Shown here in pieces: positions 38,740-51,300 of a stretch of 64,000 nucleotides of DNA; position 1 is the stretch's first letter, and the number at the start of each line of letters is the position of its first letter. Made by a program: the position numbers and the translations under genes. The notes beneath the pieces were generated by a model. That model was not told the DNA's origin. It made no database searches and saw nothing but the letters and a program-made list of their open reading frames with translations. Where the stretch lies: NCBI RefSeq assembly GCF_016433145.1, contig NC_058131.1, positions 269,055,307 through 269,119,306 on the forward strand, given 5' to 3'. Origin of the DNA: Gracilinanus agilis. Its lineage: Eukaryota.

Positions 38740-39300
38740 AACATCCCAGTGCTTATGCGCAGAATGAGAGGCCTCTCTCCGGAACCTTGGTGCCGGGGTA
38801 GCGTTTCCGGGCGGAAGGGCGAAGGAAGGACCGGAAGCTCCGTGGGACGCGGGGAAAGGGCCGGGCTTTCTTGGAGCGGGCACTGATCGAACTGGAGGCA
38901 GCTGGGGAAAAGTCTGGGCCTGGCCCCGGGACTGGGCCTGGGGCCGGCATTACGGGCTCTCGTGGGCCGGGAGAGCGGGGTCCTGGGGCAGTGGCGGCCG
39001 CGGCCGGAAGCGAGCGGGCGGATGGAGTGCAGGAGGCGAAAGCCCGCTCGGGGCCGGGCTCGGGGGCTTCGGGGGGAGCTGGGGCTGGGGCCGGGACCAC
39101 CGCAGCCTCAGGGGCCGGGGCCGGGGCCGGGGCTTCCTCCATGTTCGCCGGGTTGCAGGATCTGGGGGTAGCCAACGGTGAGGACCTGAAGGAGACACTG
39201 ACCAACTGCACTGAACCCCTCAAAGCCATCGAGCAGTTCCAGGTGCGGGATCCCTAGGCCCCCGAGTACCGGCCTCTAAGACTCGGTCGGTTCCTTTTCC
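38740..39300 (+). promoter_or_regulatory. NELFB CpG-island promoter and first exon with clustered ETS/GABP motifs
   Basis: High GC/CpG, no TATA; CCGGAA or GCGGAAG motifs at about 38779, 38804 (reverse), 38811 and 38831. Confidence 0.7.
38883..39140 (+). CDS. NELFB: Putative CUG-initiated N-terminal extension of NELFB (86 codons)
   Basis: Stop-free and in frame with the AUG at 39141. CTG ATC GAA CTG GAG GCA GCT GGG GAA (LIELEAAGE) resembles the start of the known human CUG-initiated extension (AELEGAGE). Confidence 0.6.
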
Positions 39301-42300
39301 CCTCCCAACATCAGAGTTCAGAATGAAGGATCTCCGAGATGTAAGATCTCGAGGCTCTGTCATCTAGCTCAACCGGTACCCGAATTCTCAGTACAACATA
39401 ACCTGACATGGCCATCCTGCCTTTGTACCCGAAGACCTATTTAAAGAGGAGGAACCCACTGCCTCCCAAGGCCGCCCACGGCACAATTTAGACAGTTTTA
39501 GTTGTTAGGAACTTTTTTCCTTACATCAAGCCTGAATCTGCTTCACTTCCATAAGTTGCTTTTAGTCATGCCTTCCTGGTTCAAGAATAACATATCTAAT
39601 CTCTAGTAGATGATATTCCTTCCGATACTTGAAGATGGTTATCATGGTCCTTTTAAATCTTCATTCTGAACATCTTCAGAACTCCAGCCAATTAAAATAT
39701 GATATTGTGTCCAGCCCTCTCACGATTCTGGTTGCTCTATGGATGTTTTTTCAGTTTATTAATCCCCTTCCTTAAATGTCCTCGGAACTGGATGCATTAT
39801 TTCAAATGTGAGCTGTCCAGTGCAGAGCATCATGGTATTGTCAGTTCCCTCCTTGTGGATAGTAATTTTTAAGGTAGCCTAAGATTAAATTTCTAATATT
39901 GAGCTTACAGTAAGATCCTTAGATCTTTTTCACATGTACACAAAAGGCAGGTAATGAAGGGGATAAGTAGAAAAAAAAACTTGGCACAACGAAGTAAGAA
40001 TAGCCTCAGGATTGAGAAATTTTAAAGATATCAAAAAGTTTTTGTTTTAGCTATATTGAACAAAAAAGGAAGATCAAAGAAGGGTAAGAATGCTGCTTAG
40101 GATAGTGAAAATAGTTTAGAAACAGCAGAACATTACACTTTTTTCCCCCAAAGACTTTTGGATTGGAAAACAAAAACAAAAATGTTTAGTAGGGAGTTGA
40201 AACTTGAGATGAATAGGGAGATGGTAAGAAAGGACCAAGTTGCCTTTGTTCAAATCACCAGGCCTAAATGGAGTACAATTCTAGGGCACTTAGCTGGTAA
40301 ATATGATTGTTAAGTCACTGTCAATGAATTATAAACGTCATGGAGAAAGGGAAAAATGTGGGACTGGTGATGAACAAATATCCTATTTTTAAAAAATAGT
40401 TTAATTTCCAGATAAACTATGAGAGCCAAGGAAAACTTTATTTAACTTTGTTTCCACAGAGCAAAGGGAGCATGGGGCCCAGATATGCAAAGAGCTGTTA
40501 AATAAAAGAGATTTGTAGACAGCTAGGTTGTGAGGTAGATAGAATGCTTGGGCAACTCACTTAACTTCTTTGGGCCTCAGTTTCCTCATTTTGCAAATAA
40601 GGAGTTTGAGCTAGATGTTCTCTTACCACCAGGTCCCAATCAATATGATCTGTAATCAAGTCCCGCAGAACTAGAGGTTTGATTTTCAAATTACTCTTAA
40701 GCCTTTACTAGTGAAGGATGGGGTAATAGGTCTTTTCCTTTGTGGGTAGTACAACTGAGTGGCTTTGGGTACAGGATTTAGGTACTAGTTACTTCACAAG
40801 TGTTTTGTTTTTTAAACCTTTATTTTATATTTTAGTAACAACACTAAGACAGAAGGGTAAGGACTAGCCAAATAGGGTTAAGTGATTTTCCTAGATTCAC
40901 ACAGCTTGACAAGGGACAAAGGTCCCTTGAGATCAGATTTGAATCCAGGCCTTCTTGACTCCAGACCTGGCACACTCTACTGTGCCACCTAGCTTTGATT
41001 CACAAGTGTGCTTTACTTCTTCTAGTCAAGTTACTCCCCTTCTTCCCCCACCCAAAAAAAGTTGAGTATTTTGTCAGAGTTCAAAAGGAACCATCTAGTC
41101 TAATGCCATCATTTAGGTAATGGGAAAATTGAATCCCAGAAAGAAGAAACAATTTTAGGATCACTCAGTGAATTCTAGTGTAGAATCACAACAGGATATT
41201 TATTTAATGAATGAATGAATGAATGAAAACAGTCATTAAGGGTCTGTCTATGCTTAAACTCATGCTCAAGTTTAGAGTTCTGAGCTAGACAATAGGAGTC
41301 CTGGATTCAAATTCCAGCTTTATTACTGTTACTGTGTGATATGTGGGCAAGTCACTTTCCCTCCTTTGGTCTCAGTAAATTTAAGAGCTTGGACTAGATC
41401 TTAGAGGAATTTGGAAATAAAACAAGAGGGAGAATGAATTTTCTATGTGAGTTTGACTTTGTTCCCTACCTGCAAGGAAAGATATTAATTATAATAAGAG
41501 TGAAACTGTAGAGTCACCATCTCTGGCCTATATTTCAAGGGAATGATTATCATAGTACATTTTACATATTAGTAAAGCACTTTAAATTTTATAAAGCAGT
41601 TGACGTACATTATTTTCTCATTTAATCCTCACAATGAGATAGCTTAATTTTACAGATGAAGAAAAATTCAGAGAGATTATGGCTTGCCCAGCTAGTAACT
41701 CAGAAGGCAGGATTTGAACCCAGATTTTACTTTTAAGTCTAGTAGATTGTTGCTGATGATTTGGGTTATTCAACAACTGAAAAGATTTGGGAAATAACTA
41801 TACTCAAAACACCTTGTGCATGGTTCGTGCTGGGTAGAGTTAAATGTGCTTGTTTCTCCACTCTTTTTTTGTACCTCCTCTATAAAATGAATTTTATTTA
41901 ACACCAAACTTGAACCTTTGCTTTACTAGACGGAGAATGGTGTCCTTCTGCCATCATTGCAGTCTGCTCTGCCCTTCTTGGACTTACATGGGACACCTCG
42001 CCTTGAGTTCCACCAGTCAGTTTTTGATGAGCTGAGGGACAAATTGTTGGAGAGAGTGTCTGCCATTGCTACTGAAGGAAAGGTTGAGGAAAGGTAAAAA
42101 TCTTAAGAAAGAACCAGGTGGGGGATATCTGTCTTTAAAGTTATTTAATTGTCATTACTATTGAACTGCCTGTAAATGTAAAAGCTCTTTTGGCTACCTC
42201 AGTCAGTGGATAGCTATACTTCTTGCCTTCAGATTCTTGTTCTAGTCAATAGCAGTCCAAGTGGGGACTTAGGGAGCAACACTCATTTTCTCAGTCTTAA

Positions 42301-45300
42301 CCTGTGGTTTTACTTCTTTGCCTTTTCTGGTGGATGTTAAACTAGCAACCAGAAACTAGGATGAGAATATTTTTTTTTATTACATGTAAAAATAACTATT
42401 TTTTAAAATGTTGAGTTCCAAATTTCCTCCCTCCCCTCTCCTTGAGAGGACAAAGCAATTTAATATCAATTATGCATGTGAAGTTCTGCAAAACATTTCC
42501 ATATTAGCCATATTGGAAAAGAAAACATAAACCCTCCCCCCCAAAAGAAAAAGGTTTTAAAAGTATATTTCAATCTGCATTCAGAGTGGACGAGTCTGTT
42601 ATAATTATTACCTCTGTATTTCTAGGTACAAGAAGTTAGAAGATCTCTTGGAGAAGAGTTTTTCCCTGGTGAAAATGCCTTCCCTCCAGCCAGTGGTGAT
42701 GTGTGTAATGAAACACTTGCCAAAGGTAAAAGTGCATAGTATACTTGAGGCCCATAGTAGTCACTTAATAAATGCCAGCTGACTGATGATCATCCCAATA
42801 CTTCCAGATAGACAGTCTTAGGATGTTGGCTATTGACTATTATTGTGCAGGCTCAATTTCTCTCTTAGTTTGTCTTGATTTGCTCGGGGAAAACTTATGG
42901 TAGTCTGGCTCAAAGAATGTTTTTACCATCTCTGAAAAGCAATGAGGTGGCTCAGTGGATTGACCCAAAGATGAAAGGTCCTGGGTTCATATTTGACCCC
43001 TGATACTGCCTACCTTTGTGACCCTGGGCAAGTCACTTAACTCCCATTGCCTAGTCCTTATTTTTCTTCTGCCTTAGAACCAATACATGGTATTGATTCT
43101 AAGATGGAAAGTAAGGGTTTAAAAAAAAAAGTAATGAGGAAGTATTCTTGTATTTTCCTTTGAAAGAGAAATTATAGCTTTTTTCCCCCTTCTGTATTCT
43201 CTTGAACAGCTAGGAATTTGGTCTTTGTAATTCTTATGAAAAAAAAAAAAAGTTTTTTAAAGAAGTTGCTTGATTTTTAGTTAAGAAATGTCAAAATGAG
43301 GGTTGTTGTTACTGTTACCATTATTTTATACTCTGCACAGCAGAGGTATATATCATAAGTTTTAGAAAGAAAATTGGCAATCTCCTTTGGAGATTGATTA
43401 TTATATCAACTGGATTCACAGTATTTTGCATAAAAGCTGATCAAGATAATAAAATGGTTGTTTTCATGTTCGTTTTTTCTTTTTGTAGGTTCCTGAAAAG
43501 AAATTGAAGCTGGTAATGGCTGACAAGGAGTTGTATCGGGCATGTGCTGTAGAGGTAAAACGGCAGATTTGGCAAGATAACCAGGCTCTGTTTGGTGATG
43601 AAGTTTCTCCGCTGCTCAAACAGTACATCTTAGAGAAGGAGAACATTCTCTTCAGCAATGAAGTATCTGTCCTACACAACTTCTTTAGTCCCTCTCCTAA
43701 AACAAGACGTCAGGGGGAGGTGAGGACCAAAGGAAAATGTGTTTTTACAATATTCCTTACCCTGCTTCTCTTGCTTATGCCATTCTTCCTGTCCTCTGCT
43801 GTCATCCATCAACTTAAATGCCCATAGAGTGTTTTTCCTGTACCTTATTCCTTATCTGTTAAAATGATTGGTGGCAATGTAACAATAGATGATCATAAAG
43901 CTTTTTAACATACTTTCTTCAGATAATAGATGTGATTCTTAACTAGGAATTTGACTTGATTTAAAGGAGTGAGTCTAATAATGAGCACTGGCAAAAGGGC
44001 AAGGCAGTGGCACAACCCAACTGGACATGCTCCCATGGAGAAAATCCCATGGAGCACGCGAACAGATCTTAAGTCTAGAGAAGCACCACATCCAGAATGT
44101 GGGAGGCAGTAGATTCACCCACTGTTCTCAGATGTGGACAGGCCAGTTCTGGAGGAGCATGTTCAGTGCTGGTGCCACTTATTAGGAAAGACCATTAATA
44201 AGCTCAAGACTTTTCAGAGGAAGGGAAGAGGATGGTGAGGGGTGGCAAGACCTTCTCTTAGGAAGATCAGGCAAACGAGCTAGGAATGTTTATTCTGACC
44301 AAAAAAAAAAAGCATATGGAGAACATGGTAGCCCAAGATTCTTGTGAAGATCAAGTGAAATGATAATTGTAAAGTATCTGGCATGTATTAGGCACCATAT
44401 AAATGCCAGCTATGATTGCTGTTATTATAAGAACCTGGATTAGTTCAGAGGAGTCAGAGCTGGGAGAGGCAGATTGGAGAGTTCATCAACTCCTCTGAAC
44501 TTTATGCCTTCCACATTGCAGGGGTTAGAGACATGGTGCCTCTGTGATTTGGAAAACCTATGTAAAATTTTTTGGCCCTCCCTTTGTACCAGAAAGATCT
44601 GAATTTTTTTCTTTTTCTTTTATGGGGTGTTTACTAAAATAAATTGTGTATATTTATTATATTAAAAGATAAAAAATATATAAAATATTGTATTATATAA
44701 TATTATACATATATTTTATGCATTTTTTAGATTCTAAACTTTTTGTGTCAGCTGCAGCTTTTGCAAAATGCCCCCAAAATTTCCCATTTAATTTCTTTTG
44801 CCAATCTACAATATATCAAAACCTTGATGGGGAAAGTTGAGATGTGGAAGGGATACCTTTATTCTTAAGCATTTGAAGACCTGTCATAAGGCAAAGAGAT
44901 TAGACTTGTTTTCTCCCCTTTATAGGATGGAACTAGAAACAGCTGGAGAGGCAGATTTTGGCTCTTTGGTTTTTGTATTCAAATTAAATTTTTTTTCAAT
45001 TAACAAGCATTTATTTTCTCTCTACTTCCTTTACCATATTGAAAAAAAAAGAAAGAAAAACAGACACTTTCTGTGCGGCCCTGGGCGAGTCACCTAACCT
45101 CTGTCTGTCTCAGCTTCCAAGTGGAGATAATAAAAGCACCTACTTCCCAAGGTTGTTGTGAAGATCAAGTGAAATGATAATTATAAAGTATCTGGCATAC
45201 ATTAGGAACTGTATAAATGCTAGCTCTAATTGCTGTTATTATCAAACCCAGGATTAGTTCAGAGGAGACTGGAGCTGGGAGGGGCAGACTGGGGAATCCC

Positions 45301-48300
45301 TCAACTCCTCTGAGCTTTAGGCAGCTCCTAGCTCTTATTCCCTGATTTGTAGGCCAAGAGTCTGTTTCAAAGCTTGCCACACCCTTGAGGGCACTTCCCT
45401 CCTACCCCCCTTTCCTCTGCCCTTAAGGAGCTTGCATTTTACTGGAGTTTAAGCTGAATCTTCTTCAAGTAAAAACCCTCTGCTGATGAAAGGGGTTGGT
45501 ATATGTAGATAAATCATTGTTGCCAGAGATTTTGCCAGGATGACTGCCAGAAGCCTGTTGTTTTCAGAGAAGAGAAGATGTAGGCAGGGTCTCTGGGGCT
45601 GGAGGATGAGGCTTTGGGACTGGAGAAAGGGAAGGAGCTGGAATCAAAGTAATCACCCCTAGATCCTCCCTCCATAGGAGGTAAGGTCCAGAGGACCTAG
45701 AAATATGATTAGAAAAATTACCTTCCGGAAGTTATTTCACTTCTCTGGGCCTCAGGTTCTCCTGTGTAAAATGAATGATTTGGACAAGATACTTTCTACA
45801 TATTGGGCTTCTGTGCTACCCACAGACATGGTCATACCCTTCATCTTGTCATTACCTGCAAGCATTCTACTTCTCTGTCATGAACTCTGAACTTCTTGTT
45901 AAGATTATGACCTTTTGTTATTCCATCATTCCCCCTATCTTAAAACCAGTAACCCTGTACTTCCTCCTCACTCTGGCCTCTTCTCTCCACTCCTCAGTTT
46001 TTTTAAATTTCTTTTTAATTTTTAAATTTTTTTGAATTTGCAAAATTTTATTTAATTAATTTAGAATATTTTTACATGGTTACAAGATTCATGTTCTTTC
46101 CCTCCCCCCACCCCGTCCCAGAGCCATCGACTCTCAATTCCACTGGGTTTTATGTTGTCATTGATCAAGACCTATTTCCATATTATTAATATTTGCACTA
46201 GGGGGATCGTTTAAGAGCAGTGGTTCCCAAACTTTTTTGGCCTACCCCCCCTTTCCAGAAAAAATAATACTTAGTCCCCTGGAAATTAATTTTTTTTAAA
46301 TTTTAATAGCAATTAATAGGAAAGATAAATGCACCTGTGGTGATCACTGCCCCCCTGGATCACTGCAGCACCCACCAGGAGGTGGTGGCACCCACTTTGG
46401 GAATCACTGGTTTAGAGTCTACATCCCCAATCATATCACCATCGATCATGTGATCAAGCAGTTGTTTTTCTTCTGTGTTTCTGCTCCCACAGTTCTTTCT
46501 CTGAACGTGGATAGTGCTCTTTCTTATAAGTCCCTCAGAATTGTTCTGGATTATTGCATTGCTGCTAGTACAGAAGTCCATTACATTTGATTGCACCACA
46601 GTGCATCAGTCTCTGTGTATAATGTCCTCCTGGTTTTGTTCCTTTCACTCTGCATCAATTCCTGGAGGTCTATTCAGTTCATTATTCCTTTGAGCACAAT
46701 AGTATTCCATCACCATCAGATACTACAATTTGTTCAGCCATTCCCCAATTGAAGGGCATCCCCTCATTTTCCAATTTTTTTGCCACCACAAAGAGCTCGG
46801 CTATAATATTTTTGTACAAGTCTTTTTCCTTATGATCTTTTATGATCCCAGCAGAGGTATGGCTGGATCAAAAGGCAGATAGTTTTTTAAAGCTCTTTGA
46901 GCATAGTTCCAAATTGCCATCCAGAATGGTTGTATGAATTCACAACTCCACCAGTAATGCATTAATGTCCCAATTTTGCCACATCCCCTCCAATTTATTA
47001 CTTTCCTTTGCTGTCATTTCCTCATTTCTTTCTTGGACTCACCCTAGACCAGATGCATATTTTTCCCTTCCCTCTTCTGATTTCTTATAAGGTGAATCAA
47101 TTCAGCTCTGCACTGTCATCCATACCAGTGGTGTTAAACTCAAATAGACACAGATCCCCACTCATGTGTTGAATTTCATTTATTTTGTTAAACATTTCCC
47201 AATTACATTTTAATTTCCTATGAGTTTGACACTTGTGTTCTATACTTTGGTCCTTTATCCAGGTACCTTGTGGCCTTACTTCATGGCCAGTCTACTTCTT
47301 TTTTTGGTCATTCCTCGATATACTCCTTGGTAATAAACTGAGTCCGCTTAACCCTACACCACATTTTTGGTGTCCTTCGGGTCACTTCTAAATTACATAG
47401 GCATTTTTTCACAGTAGTAAAATTAATCCATAAAAACCAAAACAACCATTTTCGTTTACTTGAGGTAGATTGAGTGATTGAAACTTAATATATTATAGAC
47501 AGTTGTTTACATATTTGTCAGATGGACTATTCGTTCGGGGGTAGAGACATCATATCACTTTATAAACATAATGAAATTGAGATTAGGGTAGTATGAGATA
47601 TCTGAGAGCAGCCTGGAGGCCTGCATGACACCTCCTCTGCATTGGAATAATTCTTCTTGGTAAGTAAACAAATACAGGTAGGCCCCCTACTGTTGGTTGC
47701 ATATTATTTTGAGCAATGTCAAAGTGATTTCTTTTAGAGTAATAAATCGTTTCTTTTTCTTTTGTTTTGGATGGACTTTGTTTGGACTTAGGTAGTACAG
47801 AAACTGACACAAATGATTGGAAAGAATGTGAAACTCTACGACATGGTGTTGCAGTTCCTTCGGACCTTATTCCTTCGGACAAGAAATGTCCATTACTGTA
47901 CCTTGAGGGCTGAGCTGCTTATGTCATTACATGACCTGGACATCAGTGATATTTGCATGGTTGATCCCTGCCATAAGGTACCAGATATGAACACTATAGG
48001 ACCTCTCATCAGTTTTAGATGAATACGTTAGCACAAGTCACATGCAGCCTTTTAAGCAGTCCTAACCACATGACTCTAAACAAGAAAGTGATGATGTCAT
48101 CACAAATGAGATCTTGATATCTGCCTTTTCTGTTTCTGAATTAAGTCAGTAAGGCTTTCCCTAGACTATTGGACTTTATTTATTTATTTATTTATTTATT
48201 TTTATTTTTATTTTTAAGCCCTTAACTTCTGTGTATTGGCTTCTAGGTGGAAGAGTGGTAAGGGTGGGCAATGGGGGTCAAGTGACTTGCCCAGGGTCAC

Positions 48301-51300
48301 ATAGCTGAGAAGTGTCTGAGGTCGGATTTGAACCTAGAACCTCCCGTCTCTAGGCCTGACTCTCAATCCACTGAGCTACCCAGCTGCCCCAGACTATTGG
48401 ACTTTTATGGCTTCTGGGACCTCTGTTAGTACTCTAATACTTAGCTAATTAACATTAATGAGAAACAAAATCCAATTGGGAACCACCATTTTAGCTTAAA
48501 GTATTGAATTTGAAAAATACTTATGAAGAGTTTATTGCTAAAATGACAATAGATATGAATGATAGTTAATAGGAAGTATTAAACCAGACCATAATACTGC
48601 CCAAGCCAAGCTCCTGCACAGGAAACGGGTAGGGGTTGTAGAGAAGGAGGGCCATTGCTCTTAGAATTCTGTTCATTTTATTTTATTTTATTTTTAATTT
48701 TTTTAAGCCCTAATATCTTATATATATATATATCCTTCTATATTAATTTTACTTGTTATAGAGCTAGGCAATGGGGGTTAAGTGACTTGCCCAGGGTCAC
48801 ATAGCTAGGAAGTTTCTGAGGCCAGATTTGAACCTAGGACCTCCTGTCTCTAGGCCTGGCTCTCAATCCACTGAACCATCCAACTGCCCCCAGAATTCTG
48901 TTCATTTTAAAGGAAACAAGGTGCCCCAGAGCCCTTCCTGATATTTCTCCTTAAGACTCTAGAACTTAAATGTTCCTGTATTAGAAATGAGTGGCAATTG
49001 GGTAGCTCAGTGGATTGAGAGCCAGACCTGGAGACGGGAGGTCCTGGGTTCAAATCTGGCCTCAGTTACTTCCTACCTGTGTGACCCTGAGCAAATCACT
49101 TAACTCCCATTGCCTAGCCCTTACCACTCTTCTGCCTTGATACCAATACCTGGTATTGATTCTAAGACAAGACAGAAGGTAAGGGTTAAAAAAAAAAAAA
49201 GAAATGAGTAAAACTAAAATATGTGTCCATAGGTTTCACCTCTCAAAACTATATATTTCCTAGAAAATTAAGAAGTGTGGGGCACAGGCCCACCCATCTT
49301 TCTGATTACTTCAGACCTATTTGTATGTATAAAATGATACTCTAGAGCATAATGAAGAAAGTGGGTCATTCCTGCTCTGGAGGAAAGGAGCCAACTGGAG
49401 ACCCTCCAAACTTCTTTGTTTTGGATTATATTTTAATGTATTATTTATTTTTGTAAGCATCTATGATCTCTTCCATGGCTACCCCCATTCTCCTCATCAA
49501 TTAAACAATAAAAGAAAAATGAAAAATAAAACCCTCATAGCAAATTGTGTGTAGTCCAGGAAAATAAATTCCTGCATTAGCCTTGGATAAAAATATATCT
49601 GTATTTTTATAGACTCTCAGAGCTAACTGAGCTGAAGCTTGCCTTCTGTTTCTCTAACTAGAATTCTGCCCAAGATGGACAGATAACCATTTTTGTTGTT
49701 ACTTTTTTGACTTTCTTTGTTTTGTTTTTTTTTTTAAACCCTTGTACTTCGGTGTATTGTCTCATAGGTGGAAGATTGGTAAGGGTGGGCAATGGGGGTC
49801 AAGTGACTTGCCCAGGGTCACACAGCTGGGAAGTGGCTGAGGCCGGGTTTGATCCTAGGACCTCCTGTCTCTAGGCCTGACTCTCACTCCACTGAGCTAC
49901 CGAGCTGCCCTGACGTTCTTTGTTTTTTATGCTTCAGTTATTTCCCTCTTAATTCCTGTCCTCTAATTGAACCTGCCCTTGTCACTAAAAAAAAAAATTT
50001 AAGCATAACCAACTGGCACATCTACCTAGTCTGACATTGTTTATCAATCATATTCTGTATCTGGAGTCCCCATCTTCTTTACTGATAGAGAGTTTTACCA
50101 TCAGTTCTTTGGCTCCTTGCAAGTATATAATTAGAACTTGCTCCTCAGTACTCGAAATCCCAGCTTCCCCATGTTCCTTCTCACTGAGTACCAGGCAGGA
50201 GAATTTTTCTCATGTGTTCTTTTCTTAGGCTTTTATACTTTTTGTTCTTTTATTTCTTCTACTTCAAGTGATTATTAATAAACTTTATAAAATATAATAC
50301 TTGGGGTTATTGGATATAAATTTTAATCTTACACAAGGAAGGATTATGTCATCTTATATACATGTACATCCAGTGCCTAGTGCAGGGTTGGCATACAGCA
50401 AGTACTTAATAATTGCTTTTTAATTCTTTGGATTGAGATTGGACATTAAACTTAATCAGTTTTGACTTAGAACTCTGATACTTCAGTTCACATGTTGAAG
50501 GAGATTAATGTCCTATTAATTTCCCAATTGTCTCTTAAAATTTCAAAGCTGGTTCTTTAAAATAATATATCAACTGTTTCATGTTTATTGAATACAACAT
50601 ACAGAGCAGAAAATTAATATTCTTTTCCTTATGTGTCTTAAGTAATTCTAATTAGAAAAATATTTAATCATTCCTTAAGCATCAACTAATCAATCTTTGA
50701 AAGAAATGCCATTCCTTTTTTTTTTTTGGATGTTCACAGTATTTATGTTTAAGGTTTGGTTCAGATAGTAGGAAAAAGGAGCCTTGTGAACCTTGGCTGC
50801 ATGTAGAGAAGCTTGAATATAATCTCATCATTAGAAGCTATATCCTTTGAGTTTGTCCCTGTGGTTTATTCAACGTACAGTTCACCTGGTGTCTCGATGC
50901 CTGCATCCGAGAAAAATTTGTTGATAATAAGAGAGCTCGGGAGCTGCAGGGATTCCTGGATGGAGTGAAGAAAGGTCAGGAGCAAGTGCTGGGGTGAGTG
51001 GAATTTTCTCAGGCACATACAGTACAAACAGCATGGTACAGTGGGGAGGAATGATGAATTTGAAGCCAGAGGACCTCGGTATGAATTTCAACTTTGTTTT
51101 ATTCTATTGCGGCAAGGCCTACTAGGCCTCAGTTTCCTTATCTATAAATTAAAAGATTGAACTAGATGACATCTGAGCTTCCTTCCAGATCTGATCTTTC
51201 AACCTTTGCTTTCCTTATAATAGCCTTTTAAGTAAACTACTCCTTCTTTCCCACACCATTCTCTAGCATATTGTCAGGCTTAGTTAATAAATTTATTTAT

